This document shows positions 1 to 4,701 of a DNA stretch of 5,193 nt, one piece after another. How positions within the stretch are numbered: the stretch's first letter is position 1; each line of letters begins with the position of its first letter. The position numbers were made by a program, and so were the translations under genes. The notes beneath the pieces are model-generated. The model had not been told where the DNA came from. It worked only from the letters and a program-made list of their open reading frames with translations, and searched no databases. The stretch is from a virus (taxonomy: Duplodnaviria > Heunggongvirae > Uroviricota > Caudoviricetes): positions 1-5,193 of IMG/VR virus record IMGVR_UViG_2897358383_000001, one strand, 5' to 3'.

Positions 1-1
1 C

Positions 2-328
2 CCAACGTTAAAATTACCTGATTTACGCGGTGAGTTTATCCGTGGTTGGGATGATGGGCGAGGTGTGGATGCGGGAAGGGTCATCTTAAGCATACAGGGG
101 TGGTTAACAGGAAGTCATTATCATAATATTCGGTCATGGGACGCGTGGGATAACACGGTATTGGTGCCAAATGACAGAGGGGGGGATAGCCTGTTGTCGA
201 CAGATAACGCCGTCCAAGAAGGAGCGATTAATGGTAAATTTACCAGTCAATACAGAACGGAGTTATCTGGGGGGAATGAAACCCGCCCACGTAACATTGC
301 CTTCAATTATATTGTGAGAGCAGCATAA
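2..328 (+). CDS. Tail-fibre protein, C-terminal variable (receptor-binding) cassette A; 5' end lies upstream of the window
   Basis: Frame is open from position 2 to TAA at 326-328 (the GTG at 65 in the ORF track is internal). Translation PTLKLPDLRGEFIRGWDDGRGVDAGR...ETRPRNIAFNYIVRAA carries the Mu S / P1 S-type motif and the same C-terminal 16-mer as the - strand cassettes. Its stop overlaps the next start (TAATG). Confidence 0.8.
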   Translation, partial: PTLKLPDLRGEFIRGWDDGRGVDAGRVILSIQGWLTGSHYHNIRSWDAWDNTVLVPNDRGGDSLLSTDNAVQEGAINGKFTSQYRTELSGGNETRPRNIAFNYIVRAA

Positions 329-938
329 TGGATAATGCGATATTAAATAGCGAACTTATAGCCATACAGGCAGGAAACATTATCGTTTATAACTATGATG
401 GTGGTAATCGGGAATATATTTCTGCATCAACTGAATATCTTGCTGTTGGCGTTGGTATTCCGGCACATTCTTGTTTGGATGCTCCAGGCTCACATAAAGC
501 AGGTTATGCGATTCTCCGTTCAGAGGATTTAAGTTCATGGGAGTATGTGCCAGATCATCGTGGCGAAACTGTCTATAGCATTGACACAGGGAATCCCGAA
601 GAAATCACGGTGTTGGGTGACTATCCGGAAAATACAACCACTATCGCCCGCTAACACCATACGACAAATGGGATGGAGAGAAATGGGTGGTTGATACTGA
701 GGCTCAACATAGTGGCAGCTGTAGAGGCAGCAGAAACAAAACGTCAGTCATTGATTGATACTGCGATGGATTCCATTAGTCTGATTCAGTTGAAATTACG
801 GGCTGGACGGAAGTTGACGCAGGCAGAAACCACCAGCTTAACTCCGTGCTAGATTATATAGACGAGCTGAACGCGATGGATTTAACCACGGCACCAGATC
901 TCAACTGGCCTGAAAAACAACTTTCTACAGCCAGTTGA
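328..938 (+). pseudogene. Tail-fibre assembly chaperone (Tfa/U-like), reading frame interrupted at least three times
   Basis: ATG at 328 overlaps the cassette A stop. Frame 1 (328-654) gives MDNAILNSELIAIQAGN...ENTTTIAR*. The protein then continues in frame 3 (657-~710, PYDKWDGEKWVVDTEAQH), frame 1 (~709-852, VAAVEAAETKRQSLIDTAMDSISLIQLKLRAGRKLTQAETTSL) and frame 3 (849-938, LDYIDELNAMDLTTAPDLNWPEKQLSTAS*). The C-terminal TAPD(I/L)xWP motif is typical of phage tail-fibre assembly proteins. Breaks coincide with short homopolymers. Confidence 0.55.
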
Positions 939-948
939 TATAATTAAT

Positions 949-989
949 CCGCCCTCACAATATAATTAAATGCAATATTACGAGGGCGG
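949..989. other. Imperfect hairpin (CCGCCCTC..AATAT / ATATT..GAGGGCGG) between the convergent chaperone gene and cassette B; possible bidirectional terminator
   Basis: 8-bp GC-rich stem 949-956/982-989 with an inner 5-bp AT stem 959-963/975-979 and an 11-nt loop. It lies inside the sequence encoding the cassette B C-terminus (RPRNIAFNYIVRA) and is followed by only a short T-run (GTTTCT). Confidence 0.25.
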
Positions 990-1243
990 GTTTCTAAGCC
1001 AGCAGTACCTAAATTAGCTACGGACTGTTTATATGTTTTAAAGTTCCATAATTAGGGGCTGGCAATCCTGCATCGCTTGTGTTCCCCCATCTGATAACTC
1101 CCGTATTACCACTAGTAGCCCATGCCTCGTCAAAGTAGAAATTAATTGAGCTGTCAGTTGCTACGGTTGATTTTGACGGTAATCCGTGAGCATGATCTCC
1201 GTTGCATATCCTTGCTCGCTTAAATAGAGCGACCTGGATCAAT

Positions 1244-1447
1244 CCCGCGCCCGTCATCCCAGCCACGAATGAACTCACCACGTAAATCAGGCAATTTATT
1301 GTCGGGTTAAGCCTTTGCCAGATTTGGGTACTTTTCAGAAGAAAATGCTGCACCATTGCATTTCAGCCACCCCGTTGGAGGTGTGGCTGAGGGCCACGGA
1401 ACAGGCACACCAACAGGCAGTGCAGAGCCTTCCCCAAACCAACGTTT
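1244..1447. repeat. Direct repeat copy 1 (5' module of cassette B including crossover site)
   Basis: Aligns with 1731-1934. About 98% identical over the site-proximal ~140 bp (1310-1447 vs 1796-1934: three substitutions plus a 1-nt C-run difference), about 75% over the distal ~65 bp. Confidence 0.85.
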
Positions 1448-1454
1448 TTATGCC
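1430..1454. other. Candidate invertase crossover site (hix/gix/cix-like), copy at head of cassette B
   Basis: TTCCCCAAACC-AA-CGTTTTTATGCC. The core AAACC-AA-CGTTT resembles the AAACC-NN-GGTTT core of Hin/Gin/Cin sites; the left half is 11 nt rather than 12. Confidence 0.4.
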
Positions 1455-1924
1455 GCCCTTACGATGTAATTAAATGCGATATTTCGTGGACGGGTTTCAC
1501 TCCCGCCAGTATTACCGATACTCCCTCGTGAATGAAGTGTCGGTGATGGGATCAGACTCCCTCCTGTATTTGTGGCATCAAGTCCCCATCCTTGTGTGTA
1601 TGTTTTTTTGAAAATTGTCGCCAGCTCCCATTCATCTTTTGTGTCGTAACCATCATTGGCTACAACAATATGTCGATGCTTTTCCAGCATTCCTGTCTGA
1701 ATGCTCAATAAAGCACGTCCCGCATCCACCCCGCGCCCATCATCCCAGCCGCGAATAAATTCTCCCCGTAAATCCGGTAATTTATTGGTGGGATAAGCCT
1801 TTGCCAGATTTGGGTACTTTTCAGAAGAAAATGCTGCACCATTGCATTTCAGCCACCCCGTTGGAGGTGTGGCTGAGGGCCACGGAACAGGTACGCCAAC
1901 AGGCAATGCAGAGCCTTCCCCCAA
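1448..1924 (-). CDS. Tail-fibre variable cassette C (silent orientation, promoterless; expressed only when fused to the constant part by inversion)
   Basis: Intact 158-codon frame ...LGEGSALPVGVPVPWPSATPPTGWLKCNGAAFSSEKYPNLAKAYPTNKLPDLRGEFIRGWDDGRGVDAGRALLSIQ...ETRPRNIAFNYIVRAA*. The apparent start is a TTG immediately preceded by an in-frame TAA (1934-1936) and sits inside the crossover site, so there is no independent start. Confidence 0.75.
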   Translation of the reverse strand: MGEGSALPVGVPVPWPSATPPTGWLKCNGAAFSSEKYPNLAKAYPTNKLPDLRGEFIRGWDDGRGVDAGRALLSIQTGMLEKHRHIVVANDGYDTKDEWELATIFKKTYTQGWGLDATNTGGSLIPSPTLHSRGSIGNTGGSETRPRNIAFNYIVRAA

Positions 1925-1934
1925 ACCAACGTTT
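1731..1934. repeat. Direct repeat copy 2 (5' module of cassette C including crossover site)
   Basis: Partner of 1244-1447 in the same orientation. The diverged inverted counterpart of the distal part is at window positions 1-70 in cassette A. Confidence 0.85.
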
Positions 1935-1941
1935 TAGTCTT
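1916..1941. other. Candidate invertase crossover site (hix/gix/cix-like), outer site next to the invertase gene
   Basis: TTCCCCCAAACC-AA-CGTTTTAGTCTT, 26 bp. The left half matches the recalled gix left half TTCCTGTAAACC at 9 of 12 positions. It lies at the 5' boundary of cassette C, 55 bp upstream of the invertase ATG. Confidence 0.5.
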
Positions 1942-1995
1942 AATCCCTACCTATACCAACGATGTATTTTTAACTAAACAAAGAGGTTGTTTTTC

Positions 1996-2568
1996 ATGCA
2001 AATTGGCTACATTCGTGTGTCAACAAATGACCAAAACACAGATTTACAAAGAAATGCACTGAACTGCGCAGGATGTGAACTGATTTTTGAAGATAAAATA
2101 AGCGGAACAAAGTCAGCCAGACCAGGCTTGAAAAAGCTGCTCAGAACGTTATCAGAAGGAGATACGCTGGTTGTCTGGAAGCTGGATAGGCTTGGCAGAA
2201 GTATGAAACACCTTATCACGCTTATAGAGGAGTTGCGGGAAAAAGGTGTTAATTTCCGTAGTCTGACAGACAGTATTGACACATCAACACCCATGGGGCG
2301 TTTCTTTTTTCACGTCATGGGGGCTTTAGCAGAAATGGAACGTGAATTAATTGTTGAGAGAACACTGGCCGGACTGGCAGCTGCACGCGAACAGGGACGC
2401 ATTGGCGGACGTCGCCCGAAGTTGACAAAAGAACAACATGAGCAAATAGCGAGGTTGATCGAAAATGGCTACAGCAGGAAACAGTTGGCAATTATTTACG
2501 ATATCGGTGTATCGACGATTTATCGTTATCATCCTGTAGAGAAGCGCCAAACTCAATCTGAGCTGTAA
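1996..2568 (+). CDS. Serine DNA invertase, Gin/Cin/Pin/Hin/Min family
   Basis: 190 aa from ATG 1996 (the track start at 1987 is an upstream TTG), with AAGAGG 9 nt upstream. MQIGYIRVSTNDQNTDLQRNAL... contains the catalytic-serine motif, the conserved VVWKLDRLGRSMKHL and GRFFFHVMGALAEMERELI blocks, and a C-terminal HTH (GYSRKQLAIIYDIGVSTIYRY). Confidence 0.95.
   Translation: MQIGYIRVSTNDQNTDLQRNALNCAGCELIFEDKISGTKSARPGLKKLLRTLSEGDTLVVWKLDRLGRSMKHLITLIEELREKGVNFRSLTDSIDTSTPMGRFFFHVMGALAEMERELIVERTLAGLAAAREQGRIGGRRPKLTKEQHEQIARLIENGYSRKQLAIIYDIGVSTIYRYHPVEKRQTQSEL
2017..2080. promoter_or_regulatory. Candidate recombinational enhancer (Fis-binding sites) inside the 5' end of the invertase gene
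   Basis: Position by analogy with hin/gin/cin enhancers. Near-palindrome GTCAACAAATGAC at 2019-2031; GCGCAGGATGTGAAC at 2066-2080 fits the degenerate Fis pattern G-N2-Y-R-N2-W-N2-Y-R-N2-C; centres are about 48 bp apart. Confidence 0.3.
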
Positions 2569-2688
2569 TTCTAATGCCGCGTCGGTGTAATTTATCTTGA
2601 TAGAATAGGTACATTTATCGCGCGGCACATCAATTCGATGTATCTAGCGCCTGCTGACCGCTAATGAAAACTGTCCTCGAAATGTTGT

Positions 2689-2707
2689 CCCTAGCCCGAG
2701 ACTAGGG
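2689..2707. other. Perfect 6-bp palindromic hairpin CCCTAG-N7-CTAGGG in the invertase-downstream intergenic region
   Basis: Stem 2689-2694/2702-2707, 7-nt loop, no T-tract after it. Could be a protein-binding palindrome or a weak terminator. Confidence 0.25.
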
Positions 2708-3003
2708 TATCACCTCTGGAAAGCATACGCAGAACCTTTTTTAACCCAGGGTGCCCAGCCTTTTTGCTGCTCGCCTTATTCGCAAAAATTAGCTCACATC
2801 CTGCGCTTTCAAGTGCTTTTCACTGCATAGCTGTGTTTTGTTCATTTGTCTATATGCGTACATAGCCTATTAGCATATTTTCTGCCCACTATCGTTATTT
2901 ATTGCAAGCTACAGGTTTTAATTAACAAAACCAGTGTGTGTGGAAATCACAAAGTGCATACCGTTCTCAGATGTTGTTCAACTTACTGTTGTATAGGTAA
3001 AAA

Positions 3004-3267
3004 ATGACATTTTATGTACATATCGTGATGTTATCCCTTCTTGGTGGGGTGTATTCGTATTTGAGTGGGCTATGTGAAAACCGTTACGAGTCTTCATGCA
3101 AGAAATTGCTGGCCGAATGTATTTCCGCCGTACTTGCTGGCTTTATTGGCATGTATCTCGCGGAATATAAGGATATGAATGAAAGCCTTCAGAGCTGCAT
3201 GGTTCTTATTTTCAGCGCCAATAGCAGGCTTATTATTGAAGGTTCCAAAAGTCGGTTGAATAGGTAA
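3004..3267 (+). CDS. Small membrane protein, holin-like paralogue of the following gene
   Basis: 87 aa, AGG 6 nt upstream of ATG. Two clear hydrophobic helices (FYVHIVMLSLLGGVYSYLSGL; LLAECISAVLAGFIGMYLA) and a charged C-terminus. Aligns with the 3342-3671 product in the pattern LLxxxGGxxxxL..R..S..LLxxxxExxxAVxAGxxxxYL...ASN. Confidence 0.45.
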   Translation: MTFYVHIVMLSLLGGVYSYLSGLCENRYESSCKKLLAECISAVLAGFIGMYLAEYKDMNESLQSCMVLIFSANSRLIIEGSKSRLNR

Positions 3268-3315
3268 GTCTCTTATGCAACATAACCGGTTGAGAAGTTA
3301 CTTTGCATACCATTA

Positions 3316-3335
3316 CCTCCTGACAACGTAGGAGG
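3316..3335 (+). promoter_or_regulatory. Hairpin occluding the Shine-Dalgarno sequence of the 3342 gene
   Basis: CCTCCT (3316-3321) pairs with AGGAGG (3330-3335) across an 8-nt loop; the paired GGAGG is the only ribosome-binding site, 6 nt before GTG 3342. Confidence 0.35.
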
Positions 3336-3341
3336 GAACTT

Positions 3342-3671
3342 GTGCTTGACACACAGGAATTAGCTCCAGTTGCTATTGCGCTCCTGCTTTCAGTAATTGG
3401 TGGGATAGGCACGTTCCTGATGGATGTCCGAGACGGTCGCCAGTCTGGCAATTTGTTGGGATTGGTTACGGAGATCTTTGTTGCAGTGACAGCTGGCGCG
3501 GTGGCGTACCTATTGGGGCAACACGAGGGCTGGGAGTTATCCATTACGTACTTAATGGTAACGATAGCCAGCAATAACGGTCATGAGGTGATTTCAGGGA
3601 TGAAACGAGTGAATATCGATAGCATTCTGAATGTTCTTACAAGTTTGGTGAAAAAGGGAGGCGGGAAATGA
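3342..3671 (+). CDS. Putative phage holin (small 2-3 TM membrane protein)
   Basis: 109 aa, GTG start with strong GGAGG. TM segments LAPVAIALLLSVIGGIGTFLM and LLGLVTEIFVAVTAGAVAYLLG, a weaker third, and a Lys-rich hydrophilic C-terminus (LVKKGGGK). Stop overlaps the next start (ATGA). Confidence 0.65.
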   Translation: MLDTQELAPVAIALLLSVIGGIGTFLMDVRDGRQSGNLLGLVTEIFVAVTAGAVAYLLGQHEGWELSITYLMVTIASNNGHEVISGMKRVNIDSILNVLTSLVKKGGGK

Positions 3672-4111
3672 TTGGCTGGGGTGTATGCGTTCTTGCGTTA
3701 GCCTTAGCCGATCGCTATTTGCTAAAACGCAAGGACATCACGCATTTAGAACTTGGTGATGTGGAAATTAAACCGGGTTTCATCCGGGTGCCGTTCAAAT
3801 ACCGGTCTAAATTCCCGTTTTTGCGCGGCGCAACGGTCAGATATTGGATCCGCGATGTTCAGAAGCCGACGACAGTGATTGAAGGCGAACAACGTTGTTT
3901 GACGTCGGCTGAACAGGGCGAAAACAGTGAATGGTTGTACATACCCACTGAATATATGGGTAAAGGAGAGCGACTGTGGCATTTCAACGTCATGGTTACG
4001 CATGGCGACTCGTTCATTAACCCGTTGTATCGGATTTTCCCTGTTACTCAGCAAATCCGCAGAAGTTACGTAATAAATCTCGCACAGGATGTGTCAGATG
4101 ACGAAAAATAA
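3668..4111 (+). CDS. Hypothetical protein with N-terminal membrane anchor, translationally coupled to the holin-like gene; possible holin regulator
   Basis: 147 aa, ATG 3668 overlaps the upstream stop, AGGGAGG 6 nt upstream. N-terminus IGWGVCVLALALA is hydrophobic, the rest hydrophilic. The function is inferred only from position after a holin. Confidence 0.6.
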   Translation: MIGWGVCVLALALADRYLLKRKDITHLELGDVEIKPGFIRVPFKYRSKFPFLRGATVRYWIRDVQKPTTVIEGEQRCLTSAEQGENSEWLYIPTEYMGKGERLWHFNVMVTHGDSFINPLYRIFPVTQQIRRSYVINLAQDVSDDEK

Positions 4112-4700
4112 GTATGCAACGGTCGATTTTGACCAGGTTAATGAAAAGGGGCTGAAATCCCTTATCGCGGCGATCAATAAAACCGGTGTTACGGTAATTG
4201 AGGTTGACTCCAGCAACCGCGCAACAACGAAAGATGGCGTTAAAGTTAAAACCGCAAAGCTGGTTCTTAACGACGGACAAATTCTTGCCATACAGGTAAA
4301 CGATACTGGCGATATATCGTCTGTGAGGCTGAATGGAAAAGCTATTCCTAACGCTCAATCGCCGGATATCAAGACGCTTGGTACCGTCATGGGGCAAGCG
4401 GCCCGCAAAAACTCCGCAAAATTCCAGAAATCACTGATCGCCAAAGCGAAACGTGTTGCCAATCCGGTAGACAAGAAACCGGCAGTAAAATCCAACTTTC
4501 AGCGCCTGCAAGAGGCAAAACAGCGGAATGCTCAGGTGGTTGCCGCTTATAAATCAGCGCAGAACTCGGTGTCTTTCAATCAACAGCAGATCACTGATTT
4601 GCGGGCGAAGCTGGATAAGGAGACAGGCCGACTCAATAACGAAAAGGCCCGAAATGGCGAACTCAAACGCCGTCTTAAGCAACTGAAAGCAGGAAATTAA
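4098..4700 (+). CDS. Hypothetical Lys-rich protein with C-terminal coiled-coil-like region
   Basis: ATG 4098 preferred over 4089 (AGGA 8 nt upstream); the start lies 14 nt inside the upstream gene. 200 aa, MTKNKYATVDF...; C-terminal third is rich in K/R/Q/E/A (QRLQEAKQRNAQVVAAYK...LRAKLDKETGRLNNEKARNGELKRRLKQLKAGN). Confidence 0.65.
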   Translation: MTKNKYATVDFDQVNEKGLKSLIAAINKTGVTVIEVDSSNRATTKDGVKVKTAKLVLNDGQILAIQVNDTGDISSVRLNGKAIPNAQSPDIKTLGTVMGQAARKNSAKFQKSLIAKAKRVANPVDKKPAVKSNFQRLQEAKQRNAQVVAAYKSAQNSVSFNQQQITDLRAKLDKETGRLNNEKARNGELKRRLKQLKAGN

Positions 4701-4701
4701 C

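Larger units (their letters stand above)
944..1447 (-). pseudogene. Tail-fibre variable cassette B (silent orientation), degenerate
   Basis: Minus-strand remnants in three frames: crossover module GEGSALPVGVPVPWPSATPPTGWLKCNGAAFSSEKYPNLAKA then TAA (TAT in cassette C), KLPDLRGEFIRGWDDGRGIDPGRSI*, SLYLSEQGYATE, NGDHAHGLPSKSTVATDSSINFYFDEAWATSGNTGVIRWGNTSDAGLPAPNYGTLKHINSP* (track ORF 1018-1356) and NLGTAGLETRPRNIAFNYIVRAD* ending at 944. The C-run in the crossover site is one base shorter than in cassette C. Confidence 0.55.

Noticed and set aside
2-14. CCAACGTT at the window start as another crossover site
   Set aside because: It aligns by codon with CCCACCAATAAA in cassette C (PTLK vs PTNK); the match to the site core is coincidental and there is no flanking AAACC...GTTT symmetry.
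65-328. ORF-track start (GTG at 65) for the + strand tail-fibre ORF
   Set aside because: The frame is open from position 2 and the upstream residues (PTLKLPDLRGEFIRGWDDGRG) are conserved fibre sequence, so the gene starts upstream of the window and 65 is an internal codon.
1018-1356. 112-aa - strand ORF as a stand-alone gene
   Set aside because: Its N-terminal part is an out-of-frame reading of the crossover module and its C-terminal part is one frame of the degenerate cassette B; it is a fragment of a pseudogene.
1922-1936. TTG at 1922-1924 as a genuine start codon for cassette C
   Set aside because: It is preceded in-frame by TAA and lies inside the crossover site, with no ribosome-binding site. 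These cassettes are normally expressed only after fusion to the constant part of the fibre gene.
1987-1995. Invertase start at the TTG at 1987
   Set aside because: ATG at 1996 has a well-spaced AAGAGG and gives the MQIGYIRVSTNDQ N-terminus typical of this family; 1987 overlaps the ribosome-binding site.
2007-2628. Minus-strand ORFs 2007-2294 and 2347-2628
   Set aside because: They are antisense to the clearly conserved invertase gene, with low-complexity translations.
2661-2702. 13-codon ORF MKTVLEMLSLARD in the intergenic region
   Set aside because: Too short, no ribosome-binding site, and it overlaps the palindrome; likely chance.
2689-2707. CCCTAG-N7-CTAGGG hairpin as a rho-independent terminator for the invertase gene
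   Set aside because: There is no T-tract after the stem and it is about 120 bp past the stop; kept only as a low-confidence structural feature.
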